This document shows, in pieces, positions 1 to 12,694 of a DNA stretch of 64,000 bases (the stretch's first letter is position 1; each line of letters opens with the position of its first letter). The notes under the pieces are model-generated. The model searched no databases. It was not told the DNA's origin and worked only from the letters and a program-made list of their open reading frames with translations. The translations under genes and the position numbers were made by a program. Source of the DNA: Eledone cirrhosa (Eukaryota); contig OZ024741.1 in assembly GCA_964016885.1 (NCBI GenBank), positions 99,386,001-99,450,000 on the forward strand. Reading direction: 5' to 3'.

Positions 1-676
1 GGTGTCTGACCTCAGCCCTTTTAACCTCGTCCACCATATAACCTCTTTCACCATAGCCATAACACATAGGAAAACCGCCTCTCCCTCGTTTTTGAAGGAG
101 GGTGGTCAACTGGATTGTCCCACTCACGACAATAGTCGTTCTACATAGCCCAACAGGTCGGTAACGCCCGGGGGCAGTGTACAAATGCTTGCGCGACGGT
201 TTCCTCGTCGCGCACGCATCTCGGACAGATCTTTTTCGAAGGGTCCCTACCCGGGTGCCTGTGTCTCGAACTGGTAGAGCTCCTCGGTAGCACTGCCAGG
301 CCAGGGACTTTTGGAAGTTGTCCATTGGTTCCGGGCGGAAGGTCCCACCGAACAGACTGGCCAGTTCGTCCTCCTCTACGCCTAGAGTTTCTCCGAGCGC
401 GTCGTCGCACTTGCAGCGGACCCACCATCTATAGAATGTCGAAGTGGAGTCTCCACTGATCGCCGGGTCCGTTTGCCAGAGGACTGTGAGCGCCTGAGCA
501 CATTTGATGTGCCAGTCGCTCATTTTCCTCGGTCTTTGCTTGACCCAGGACTGCAGCTCGGTCAGCGAGACGAGTCGTGGGAAGGCTCGCCTCACGAACG
601 GGGCCCACACCGGTTGTCTGATGAGAAATACGTGGAGGTGCCGCAGCTTGAGCGCGTGTTTGCGCATCGTCAGCAC
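1..676 (-). mobile_element. Tx1-clade (L1-like) non-LTR retrotransposon, 5'-truncated ORF2 C-terminal fragment (copy A, 3' end outside window)
   Basis: Highly similar to ~3060-3685. Encodes the C-terminal zinc-knuckle region CPRCVRDEETVAQAFVHC. Truncation point abuts (GATA)n at 677-765. Confidence 0.85.

Positions 677-765
<89 letters not shown>
677..765. repeat. (GATA)n microsatellite
   Basis: Perfect tetranucleotide run. Confidence 0.98.
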
Positions 766-909
766 TTACCATTTTAATAATCCTTACATATGTTAACTAC
801 AAGTTAACTAACTGTAACGTTTTTTATGCAGATGACGTCGTTGGTTAAAAATTTACTCCTATCTAAATAGACTACTTAGTGTTATTATACCATATATTAT
901 CTAATTTAA

Positions 910-1110
910 GAACAAGGCCAGTCATTTTGAGGAAAAGGATATAGTCGATTACATCGACCTCTGTAAATAACTGGCAATTTATTTTATTGACTTCATACAT
1001 ATAAAAGGTAAAGTCTACTTCGGCGGATTTGAACTCAGAATATAAATAGATGTAATTAAATACCGTAAAGCATATTGCCCGTCACTCTACCGATTCTACC
1101 TAGCCACTAC
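910..1110 (-). mobile_element. Degenerate tRNA-derived SINE (main family); a further relic follows at ~1140-1290
   Basis: Reverse complement of the SINE core (ggcggatttgaactcag, ttttattgac, ctctaccgattctacc). Confidence 0.7.
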
Positions 1111-2247
1111 TTTAGCCTATAATATACATTTATTTTTAACTATGGTAGAAAGGAACGGTACAGATCGATCCTGTATTTGGCTACTATTTGTTTTGTAAAC
1201 CTCGGCGTGATTCGAATACTGAATATAATGAAATATAACTAAATGGCGCCTGATATTTAGTCCGATGTTCTACCGATTCTGCTGTCCACAAGTGCCAACG
1301 CGCAAACCATTGCAGAAATGTTATCATGAAACCCTTAATTCCAATGTTAGTTTCTTTCTCCTTTCTGTTGATTTAAGACCGAAGACTTGACATGTTGGTC
1401 ATTTCACTGAAGTGGTGGAAGCAAATATGAAAAGCCAGAGAAAGTCTATAGAATAAATAAACATATACATCTGGGTGACATGGAACCTTTGGACGTATTC
1501 CGAAATTCTTGAGACTTTCCGAAATACCATAGCACTTTATTGGTATGTTTATTTATTTCCTCTGTGAATGGCAGGATATCTCTAAATTACTTACATCTGT
1601 TAACAGATAGAAAGAAAGAACAAGTTTCTATTATCTTACCAAGTTGTTGTTCTTCTTGTTTAATTCCAATTCAGCTGTCTCGACAGATCTTTTATTAAAT
1701 ACGTTCCAGCCATGGCAATCGCGTCTGTCACGACGCACAGAAAAGGATACACAGGAGTGCACACACAAACATAAACCTACCCTCAATAGAAAACAGAAAT
1801 AGAATAATAACTATCTCACGACCTAGTGACGAGGGACGAAAATATTACGACAAAGGAATGGGACACACCAGAAAGCACAGTTAGGCCTAACGACAAGCGT
1901 AGAGATGTGAATGAGTGTATACACATGCACATGGATAAGTAAGGGCCTACGAAAGTTGATGGGAGGTCGGTCACCAGGGTATACATAAATACATCGCATA
2001 TGCAGTTAAGGTAAACACACACAGTGCAACAATATATAAAGGCGTCACACACACACCACAAAAAATAAGTTTGGAGAAACTAGAACACATTCGAAACGAA
2101 GAGGAGACAAAAACCTAAAATAGTCACTGAGAAGGTTGCACAATGTGTGACAAAAAAGATTTGACAATTAAAGAACCATCCGGTTGCTAAACGGATTAGT
2201 TACTTGACTATTAACTCGTTTTAACAACAATGATATATATATATATC

Positions 2248-2422
2248 ATTAAAAAACACGTGGGAGCAATATAGGAAATAGAAAACGTGGAAAACACATG
2301 TACATGGACAATTCCCGCTCATCGGCTGTCTTTCTGGGTATCATTATAGTTTCGGATGCTATATAAGACAGGACTATATATAACCTGTGCATCAATAGAG
2401 ACCACGGAGTTATCCATGGATA
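2248..2422. repeat. ~175 bp diverged direct repeat, partner at 5480-5657
   Basis: cattaaaa..acacgtgggag...accacggagttatccatggata present at both loci. Confidence 0.8.
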
Positions 2423-2790
2423 GCTATTCGGGATGAAAACTGAACGGACGTTGGACAAAAGGACACACAAAACAAAACCATAACTACATACCGATATGGG
2501 ACAGAAACGAAACATTGCTACAGTAGAAAGCAACACAAATAAGGGCTAGGTAATCATAGTAGAAATGAAAGAATGAATTAAATTAATACTAGTTCGAGCA
2601 GTAAGACCTAGAACTAATATTGATAGGAGAGACATAGCGAAGATGACTGACCGGGTCAGTGTCAAATCGCAAAAGGCTGAGACAAAGGCTTGGAAATGTA
2701 GGGAAGTATTAAGGACTGGGGAGCAGGAGGGTGAAAAAAGATAGATAGATAGATATAGGGGGTGAAATAGAGATAGATAGATAGATAGAT

Positions 2791-4660
2791 AAATTTCTTT
2801 ATTAGCCACAAGGGCACAAAAGAAGGAGTCAAATACAAATGGAGAGTTTACATACAGGTATATGAAAATAAAACTATTAATACAATAACAAATAACAATT
2901 GAAATCCCCAATAGGTGGGAGGTGTTACACAGGGGTTGTACACACCCCGAAAAAATGTACAAACCTCATCTCCAGGAGCACCAAGTGTGAGTACCCCCTT
3001 CCTCTCTTTTTCCTCAACCTACAGGCTTATATAGAGAGAAGGCCCAACCACTCGGGCCATCTCCAAGGAGGGTGGCGGTTTGATCATGACAATGGACTCC
3101 GTGGTCAACTGGATTGGTCCCACCCGCGACAATAGTCGTTCTGCATAGCCCCACGGGTCGGTAACGCCCGGGCAGTGTACAAATGCGTGTGCGACGGTTT
3201 CCTCGTCGCGCACGCACCTCGGACAGATCTTTTTCGAAGGGTCCCTACCCGGGCGCCCGTGTCTGTAGAGCTTGTCTCGAACTGGTAGAGCTCCTCGGTA
3301 GCACTGCCAGGCCAGGGACTTTTGGAAGTTGTCCATTGGTCCCGGGCGGAAGTCCTACCGAACAGACTGGCCAGTTCGTCCTCCTCTACGCCTAGAGTTT
3401 CTCCGAGCGCGTCGTCGCACTTGCAGCGGACCAACCCTCTATAGAATGTCGAAGTGGAGTCTCCACTGATCGCCGGGTCCGTTTGCCAAAGGACTGTGAG
3501 CGTCTGAGCACATTCGATGTCCAGTCGCCCATTTTCCTCGGTCTTTGCTTGACCCAGGACTGCAGCCCGGTCAGCGAGACGAGTCGTGGGAAGACTCGCC
3601 TCACGAACGGGGCCCACACCGGTTGTCTGGTGAGGAATACGTAGAGGTGCCGCAGCCTGAGCGCGTGTTTGCGCATCGTCAGCCACGGCATCCCCAGCCC
3701 TCCGTTTGAAGGGTGTTGACCAGCAGATGGATCTTCTCACCAAAGGAGCCCGTTTCTTCCAAAGGAATTGGAAGAGCGCGCGCTCCATTTTGGTGAGTGT
3801 TTTAGCTGGACAAGGCACAACGGTCAAGCGGTAATAGATGACGGACGCTATAAAAGTGTTCGCCACCTCCGCTCGACCTTTCAAGGATAGTTTGCACTCG
3901 GCCCACTTCTGAGTGAGCGCAAACACCTTGGCCGTCACCTCGTTTCAGTTCTTCTCCACCTGGAGGTCAGGACCAAACCAGACCCCGAGCAGCTTTACCG
4001 GTCCTTCCGTCCAGCGTCCGACGACGTCATCGGAAGGCATCGGTTTGCCTCTCCACGTTCCGAGTTGCAAACCGACGGATTTGTCCCGGTTCAGCTTCGC
4101 TCCTGTGAAACTTTCGTATTCCTCCAGTAAGGTGCCGACTTCCCCGATTTGCGAGGTGCTCGACACCATTACTGTCACGTCGTCGGCGTAGTCCGACGCC
4201 GCTTTTCGCCGTCCCGGTTCCAAAGGGATGCCCTCCAATAGCTCCAACTTCCGCAGTAGTGGCTCGAGAGTCAGTACGTACAGAAGGGAGGAGAAAGGAC
4301 ATCCCTGTCGGATGGATCGCGTGATATGGAACGGCTCCGAGAGGTAGCCGTTCACCTTGACCCTTGAGCAGATGTTGCTGTTGTGCATTGCAGCAATCCA
4401 GCCCCCGAACACAGGACCGAAGCCTGTCGCCTCGAGCACCGCATCCAAGTAACGATGGTCAACCCTATCGAAAGCCTTAGACTGATCCAAGTTGATCAGG
4501 GCCCCACCGAAGCCGGGTTTACACCCTACCCTCCCTATGATGTATCGCATGAGGTGGAGGTTGTCGTGTATGAACCTGGTCGGGATTGCGCATGTCTGCG
4601 CTTCTCCCACCAGGTTTTCGACGACAAGCGCCAGCCTCTTTGCCAACACCTTGGCCAAGA
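2791..4660 (-). mobile_element. Tx1-clade LINE copy B: frameshifted ORF2 with RT domain, zinc knuckle and 3' UTR
   Basis: RT motifs [37 protein letters not shown] and CPRC..H.FVHC. 3' end is AATAAAGAAAT followed by (TATC)n. Both ends lie in GATA repeats. Confidence 0.92.
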
Positions 4661-4709
4661 GAGATGGATGGATAGATAGATAGATAGATATAAAGGTAGA
4701 TAGATAGAT

Positions 4710-5344
4710 ATATTTCTTTATTAGCCACAAGGGCGCACAAGAAAAGAGGACAATACAAAAACATGCCAGGAATTTTACATACAGTCGTGTAAAAAATATA
4801 AAAACAAACAATTACAACAATCGAAATCCACAATAGGGGGGAGGCGCCACAAATGGATTGTTTAATACCCCGTCGATAGAACAACCCTCAACTCCAGGAG
4901 CGTGTTGTGCAAGTGCTCCTTTCTTCCTTTTGCTCTCTTCTTCAACCTACAGGCTTATAAACAGAGAAGGCCCAATCACTCGGGCCATTTTCGCTTCATT
5001 CACCCACCTTTCAGTAAATTTACTGGGGTGCAGTGCCTCTCTTTCCACTCTGATTCTCCTTCTAAAGTGATACTTAAAGAAGGGAATCAATTGTTGTCCG
5101 GAGAGAAAGGCATCTGTCCTCAGTCCTCTCAATCTCGTCCACCATATAACTTCTTTCACCATAGCCACCGTACAGAGGAAAACCGCCTCTCTTTCGTTTT
5201 TGAAAGAGGCTGGCGGTTTGATCCTTACTATGGACTCGTATGATCCTTACTATGGACGCGTATGGGACAAATCCAGTCAACTGGATTTGTCCCATACGCG
5301 ACAGCAGTTGTTCTGCGTAGTTCCACAGGTCGGGCAGTGTACAA
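4710..5344 (-). mobile_element. Tx1-clade LINE copy C (3' ~630 bp, related subfamily)
   Basis: Same 3' terminus. Translates to MAMVKEVIWWTRLRG..ERWVNEAKMARVIGPSLFISL. Flanked by GATA on both sides. Confidence 0.88.
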
Positions 5345-5479
5345 GATAGATATATTTCTTTATTAGATAGATAGATAGATATACGGGGAAAGGGAGAGAA
5401 AGAGAGAGATAGAGTGGTACAGCAGTAGTGAACAACAGTTTGATTTAAAATTTAGTCTGTGTGGTTAGAATATAAATAT

Positions 5480-5657
5480 CATTAAAATAACACGTGGGAG
5501 AAATATAGAAAACAGAAAATGCGGAAGAGACAAGTACATGGACAATCCTCGTTCATTGGCTGTCGTCTCGGGATGATTATAGTTTCGGGTGCTATATAAG
5601 ATAGGACAATTCGCCACCAGTGCATCAATAGAAACCACGGAGTTATCCATGGATATC
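5480..5657. repeat. Second copy of the ~175 bp direct repeat (partner 2248-2422)
   Basis: Alignment by eye. Confidence 0.8.
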
Positions 5658-6610
5658 GGTTTACATGCATTTCTTCCATAGATAGATAGCTAGATAAATA
5701 AATAAACATAGAATTACTATTACCCATAAAGGACATGGATGTTTGAGCTATGTGTGGCTTGACAACCAGCTGAGTGGACAGCTGTTTGAGAAATGTCACC
5801 AATACAGTCAATTTATCTGTACATATGTACCACTGGGTGGCATAATTTATCCCTGTGGGCAGCGGCAATAATATTAAAAGTGATCTTACGTGGATGGAAA
5901 TCATGCCGAACTTTTTCATCATCAGCTTAACCTCACGGAAAGCTGACTTAAGCTTCGGTCTAATGGATTGCGGGGTCTGGAAAAAGAAATGAGAACAAAT
6001 AAAAGAATATTGTAATGTGTCTCTTTTATCTGATGTTAAATGTCAAAGTTGTATATTCATAAACTTGTAATAAATGTCTCTATTGGGATTTGTGCAAGAT
6101 TCAAAATAACCTAAAACTACATTTATAAATCTATTTTTAACATGAAGAATTGTAAAGAACGTGGTCTTTTGTTTCGAATGCCCGAGAAAGGGGAGTAAAA
6201 TAAAAGATACCATTAAACATGGTTAGACGTATTGAGTATTTGAACAATAGTGAACATACTTGAACGCGGCTAGCTGACGTTTATAGTTAGTAGACCATAT
6301 TAGAATGTTACATAGACTGTTGACCTATTCAGGAAAGGTGAGCTTTATCTTTGATCGACTTCACGCCAAGACACTGAAGCTAAGTAACGATATATATGAG
6401 CCTCCGGGGACTTATGAGATTTTTTAGCAGTTGTTTTTGTTTTTGTATTGGTTTTTTTTCCCGAAAGTAATAGGTACAATACTTATAGCTATTGTAGGCT
6501 TTTTTACACTGGGTTTAGTGGTGGATTATTCGAAAATTTGTTAGTTAACATTGCCAACGAGAACAAGAGAATGAAAGAAACGGATGGTATATATATATAT
6601 ATATATATAT

Positions 6611-7145
6611 ATAAAGAAAAAAAGATGAAATCGAAAATGCAACTGGAGTCTTATTTTTAAAAATATATATATATTTATTTGGTTCCTGTACCGGTTTCGC
6701 AGTTCTTCTGCTTTTCAAAAGTAGAGTTGAGATGGAGGGTCTGTGGTTTTTCTCACATCTGGTTGGTCTCTGAATGTTACTTGTTTTATATGGAAAAAAG
6801 TGGCTCGAAATGCCAGGTTTTTAGAGAAGTAATTTGATTGGTTGGTCAATAATTATAATAAATTTCGCGCCAATTCGCATTACAAAGTTCTTCAAACAAG
6901 GGGGGGGGGGCACTAACATTCAGAGACCAACCAGATGTGAGAAAAACCACAGACCCTCCATCTCAACTCTACTTTTGAAAAGCAGAAGAACTGCGAAACC
7001 GGTAAAGGAACCAAATAAATATATTTTTTTTTTTTTAAATAAGACTCCAGTTGCATTTTCGATTTCATCTTTTTTTTTTTTATACTTTCACTCGTGTAGG
7101 ACACCTCGGTTATTTTTCATTTTGTAAAAAAAAACTCACTTTCTA
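6611..7145. mobile_element. Foldback Penelope-derived mini-element in (TA)n; arms 6613-6779 and 6914-7082
   Basis: ~165 bp near-perfect inverted arms, (TA)n on both sides and a one-sided tail. Shares motifs (ttttgaaaagca..accggtaa, aaaaaagtggctc) with the terminal repeat of the Penelope element at 36038-36300. Confidence 0.75.
6972..7007 (+). ncRNA. Minimal type I hammerhead ribozyme, U3-A8 variant (mirror copy 6686-6721, minus strand)
   Basis: ctt-UUGAAAA-gcag(aagaa)ctgc-GAAA-ccgg-UA-aag. Confidence 0.6.
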
Positions 7146-7857
7146 ATATATATATATATATATATATACAAATGATAATCGTTGCTTAAAAAGATGTACC
7201 ATTAGGTCAATAGATGTCCTTGGCAAACAAACGCACCATAGTGCTTCACATGGATTGCTCCTGAGAGAATAAAATGACGGTTTACCTGTTATCTTCCTAC
7301 GTCTGTCTTTTACAAGACACCATCTTGTCAATTGTAGCTAATTCTGAGAAAGTGAGAAAGAAGAATCTTGAATGGTACATTATTTATCGACAGTGAAAAG
7401 ATGAAAGGATCCAAGACAAAGTTGATGAAACAATGACAGTATTGCCATTTTTCCCTTACACTCAAATTACTCTAGCAATTCGCTGCCTTAATAACTACTA
7501 ACACTGGTATAAATGTAACTGTTAGCTGGGGAGATATAACCAATAGTTGTGTATACGATGCTGTATACTCATGTGCTTCCAACTTTTAAAAGAGAATTGT
7601 TTCGTGTTAAATCGTATGGAATCAATAAATTTAAGTACAGATCGCTGCTTTAACGATTCTTTTAGATGTAACTGGTTACTGTTTCTCCTTGAACAACTGA
7701 TGTACGTAGACAGAATTAACTGATGGGATGTTAATGTAAATGATATTAGGTATGAAAAATAGAAACTTGCTAAGGACGATGTACGAAGTCGATATCTTTC
7801 AGAAATATATTATACTAATTCGAGAAGAAAATTCAATTGTATACGTTGTGTACAATA

Positions 7858-8045
7858 AAGAAGAAGAAGAAGAAGAAGAAGAAGAAGAAGAAGAAGAAGA
7901 AGAAGAAGAAGAAGAAGAAGAAGAAGAAGAAGAAGAAGAAGAAGAAGAAGAAGACGACGACGACGACGACGACGACGACGAAGAAGAAGAAGAAGAAGAA
8001 GAAGAAGAACAACAACAACAACAACAACAACAACACGACGACAAC
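7858..8045. repeat. Compound trinucleotide microsatellite (GAA)n(GAC)n(GAA)n(CAA)n
   Basis: Direct reading. Confidence 0.97.
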
Positions 8046-8556
8046 GGTGAAGGGTGATGTGCTTAATGTTGTATAATTGAAAATGCTGTTGTTGTTTAAG
8101 AGTATGATAGGAAGTAGCGTGTTATGTTTTGGCGGCGTCAAAGAAATGAGGGGGAGGAGGACTCAGTAGAACGAGGATCTTCATGCCAGCACCATCCAGT
8201 ACAGTCTCCTGCTTCAATGACTTATTGACGCCATTTTGGCTCGTCAGTGAAAGTTGTCTACGTCTAGCTTATTGCATCCATCCATACATATATACATATA
8301 TACAGACTGATAGACTGACAGACAGACACATAGGTATGCGCTGTGCGGATACATACAAATGTTTGCCCATACACACTCACACACACATACACACATACAC
8401 ACACACCCACACACATACACACTCATACACACATGTGGCGCACGCGTGCAAACAAATACACGTTCGTTCGCACTCATACAGCGATAGACAAATATGAATG
8501 CATGTATATGTATGTGTATATATAATAGTATATATATATATATATATATTATATAT

Positions 8557-8588
<32 letters not shown>

Positions 8589-8733
8589 ATACAGAGAGAG
8601 AGGCGGAGAAAGAGTTAAGTAAGTACTGTGACGGAAACATAAACAGACGAATATAGAGGAAAAATGTTAGTCTTCCGTTTGAAGGTAAATAAGTATATTA
8701 TGTGTCAGTATGTTTATATATATATATACACAT

Positions 8734-8848
<115 letters not shown>

Positions 8849-8934
8849 TATTTATTTATTTATTTATATAATCATTTATTTATATATATATATTTATATT
8901 TACATATATATACATATATATATATATGTGTGTT

Positions 8935-8983
<49 letters not shown>

Positions 8984-8984
8984 C

Positions 8985-9588
8985 AGGTCACCAGTTGGTG
9001 CTACTGGTAACATGTATCCCAGTACAACCTGTCTCATGGTCGGGTCGTTGGCGACTAAACTGGCAACCCCACCAAGGTTTCTTGGTGAGGAGGGTGACTT
9101 TGGACATCCTGCAGGACTAAAAACAAAACCTGTCAAAGGGCAAAGGAGCTGTTAAGAGTCAATGGCCATCCAAAATCACCGGGAGAGATGACCCCTTAGC
9201 CTTTGTCAAGGCAGAATTCTAGGAGAAGGAAAACTCTGATATAACACCTGCAACCCTGATGGTATCCAATGATGTTGACTTGTTATTCTTTTTGGTAAAT
9301 ATCATCTTGGTTAAGAGAGTGGGACTGGCTTTGTGCAGTGCCTTTGCTCACTATAAAAGCTTCACGGCACAGGCATTGCTTTATATCTGGAGATCTCTCT
9401 GCACTTGTCGTTACATGGTACCATGGGCCCAGCACTGTGTGTCAATAATTGTCACAGGTGTAGTGTTTGTACCAGAGTTTTCAAGTCGCTGGCTGGACTA
9501 AAAAGTCAGACTCGTTCAGCGCATCGGTAGGGGGTTCTCCTACATGGATATAAAGTAGTGGCCGTACTCGAAAACGAGTTGGCAGCCA

Positions 9589-9590
<2 letters not shown>
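8985..9590 (+). mobile_element. Dispersed repeat resembling an RTE-type LINE 5' UTR; homolog at 17650-18010 (minus)
   Basis: Shared gtgctact.gtaacatgta.cccagta.aacctgtctcatggtcgg, gaggagggtga and ggaaactctga blocks. Bounded by microsatellites. Confidence 0.55.
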
Positions 9591-9645
<55 letters not shown>

Positions 9646-9822
9646 AACACACACATATATATATATATATATACTTATTATTGTTATTATTATTATTGTT
9701 ATTTATTAATATATATATACTTATGTGGGGTACATATGCACGGATGCGTACATACACACGTTTACATAAATACATATGTATACATACACACACGTGTACA
9801 AAAGTATGTATGCTTATATATA

Positions 9823-10622
9823 TATCGAAAAACTATCCGATCTTAAGCTGGAAAAAATGTTACGTACTTGAATGGTTTCAGTTGCTAATACTCTTCAAAG
9901 TAGGCCCATTGAGCCTACACACATTTACTCAAGGAATCATCCCACGTTTCCAAGCACGCCTGGGTTTTTTCTTCCGGAATGGCTCTCAGTTCTGCTATTA
10001 CAGTCAGCAGGATATAATTTCGGCTCTCAAAGAAGTACTATTGCAATGAGCAAAATGTATTTCATCTCTAAGAAAGCTTTGATCAACTATAACAAATAAC
10101 CCGGGGTGTTGTCATGATGCAGTTGCTAGCTTTACGGAACATACCGATCCGTTTTCTTGCGCCGAACTGTGACAAGATTATCAGGGCTTCCTTATTGTAC
10201 TCCTCTGTTTGTGCTTCTGGTGCAAATTCGTAATACACAATACCTCTGTACTCGAAGAAAATAGGCAGCATTACCTTGATTTTGCTCCCCACCTGATGTT
10301 CTTTTGAGGGCCTTCATCACTTTATAGGTTTCCACTGTTATGATTTAGCTTTGTTTTCTGGTTTTACCAGTACCACAGCATTCAGGAACTCAGGATGATT
10401 CTAGGCAGTATCGGGTGAATCGAAAGGGCGATGAGTATTGAGTACTGCACTTCACACGATTGCTTCAACGCGATGACACATCTAGCGAGTTCACCAGAAA
10501 CCACGCTTGAGCATGAATATATGCGGCTTCCCTCTGCATATGCTTGTCTTCGTAACACCATTAATTTTCACGAGAAAAAGTACATACTCTTATAGTCTGC
10601 TAAACTTTTCAACAGACCTCGT
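9823..10622 (-). mobile_element. Mariner transposon relic
   Basis: Translation SKIKVMLPIFFEYRGIVYYEFAPEAQT, then HHDN-like motif. TIR-like end tacgaggtctgttgaaaagtt with TA at ~10603-10623. Confidence 0.75.
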
Positions 10623-10770
10623 ATGTATGTATATATACATATATATATGTGCGTGTATGAGTGTGGACATACATATATATATATACATTGTTAGACCTCC
10701 GTCGTTTCTGATGATGGGTGCTCTATTTGATTCAATCAACTGAACTGCCTGCTCGTAGAATTAACGTATG

Positions 10771-10897
<127 letters not shown>

Positions 10898-11036
10898 GTT
10901 TATCCCGGGTTCAATCGGGGGTAACCACAGTAAGTAAGGTACTCATTACATATTCTATATAATATATATATATATATACTGTATATATATATATATGTAT
11001 ATATATGGGGAGAGAGATAGGTGAGTAGATGAAAAC

Positions 11037-11260
11037 ATAGTTGCCACAATGCAGATAACTACAATAATAGTTGATAACTCTTAATAATAGTTAAATGAGC
11101 CGGGTAAAGTACCTCTGGATGGGGGATGCGTGGTTCGATTACACACAGGCGTTTTTTAACTCCCTTTTTCCATCTACGGGAGAACTTTATCTGAATTATT
11201 CAGATATTATATACAGTCATCTATTATTATTATTATAGTTATCTGCAGAGTGGCAGCTAT
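11037..11260. mobile_element. Small element with ~40 bp inverted termini (MITE or foldback)
   Basis: atagttgccacaatgcagataactacaataatag versus ctattattat..tatagttatctgcagagtggcagctat. Confidence 0.55.
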
Positions 11261-11370
11261 ATACATACATACATACATAAATACATACATAAATACATAC
11301 ATACATACATACATACATACATACATACATACATACATACATACATACATACATACATACATACATACAT

Positions 11371-11945
11371 GATATACAGATAATGATATGGGACAGAGAA
11401 AAGAAGGCATGTACAGTAGTGGAAGTTAGCTGCCCAGCAGATGCCAATATAATATCAAAGATTAGTGAAAAGGAGCATATTTATGCAGAACTATTGAGAA
11501 ATCTGCAGATAATCCACCCTGACTATACCTTCAGAATTATACCTGTGATTATTGGGGCACTGGGATATGTTAGTAACTGCTTCAATACAAATCTTGAGAA
11601 GCTGGGCTTCACAGGAACAGAACGAACACAACTAGTTAAGAAATTATAAGTACAATCCATTAATGGAACAGTAAAAATATGTAAAACATTCCAAAAATGT
11701 TTCATCTAATAACTGCATATACACATGTCCAGATACAAAGCGTATGCGCATGCACACATACAACTCAAAGCATACACATCCACATATACAATAACATCCA
11801 TACCTACACATGCATGCATGCAGACATGCTGACATATCTACCTAGTTGATGTTGTATAAATTCCAATGAAAGAGTCTTGTAACTATGTTAGAAACCGACT
11901 CTCTCTCTATTGGAAAAAAATTTGTGAATTATAAAACCAGAAGAA
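11371..11945 (+). mobile_element. R4/Dong-like non-LTR retrotransposon 3' fragment (restriction-like endonuclease plus 3' UTR)
   Basis: IMIWD..VVEVSCP..EKEHIYAELL..IIPVIIGALG motif. Begins in (CATA)n and ends at gaagaacatacat. Confidence 0.8.
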
Positions 11946-12358
11946 CATACATATTTCTGTTTATGTGTATATGTTAGGAAATGTTTGTAGCTGTGTGTTT
12001 TTGAATGTGCGCATGCGTGCGGGTGATTGTGAGTGCGTGCGTGTGTGTGATGTGTAGCTGTGAGTGTGTTTTCATCTGCTAGGAAACTAAACATACATGT
12101 CACAGCTAGGGCAGTTCCATATATTTCTATTAGAGAGACATGCTGTGTGTGGCGCTGAAACACTCCATGAGACGGTGCCAAACATGATATCGAATAAACA
12201 TGGCCGGTTGGAGTGTGGTGATGTGTATGTGTATACAAGTATACGTGGGTGAATCTGAGTTTATAGGTATATATGTATATGTATAAATGTATGTTTAAGA
12301 AGATTTGTATGTCAGTGTCTGTGAAGAGATATATCTGTATGTGTGTGTATGTGTGTAC

Positions 12359-12407
<49 letters not shown>

Positions 12408-12544
12408 TGTATATATGCGTGTTTATAGATATATATATGAGTGTAAAAAAAAATGGGTATATATGTATGGTAGTATAACTGTATATATATGTACGTGTGC
12501 ATAAATAAGTCTATAAGTATATATGATGCAAATATAACTGTGTG

Positions 12545-12586
<42 letters not shown>

Positions 12587-12694
12587 CGTGTATAAGTGTG
12601 TATAGGTGTATATATATATATATATATATTAATAAGAGGAATTCCAACTTTGTCTGATTTATATATATATACATTTATATATATATACATACAT

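Noticed and set aside
4660-4811. Hydrophobic N-terminus of ORF 3945-4811, resembling a signal peptide
   Set aside because: Derived from the 3' UTR of the neighbouring Tx1 copy and the GATA tract.
7740-8141. Poly-E/D/Q, poly-S and poly-K ORFs
   Set aside because: Compound trinucleotide microsatellite open in several frames, with no supporting flanking coding signal.
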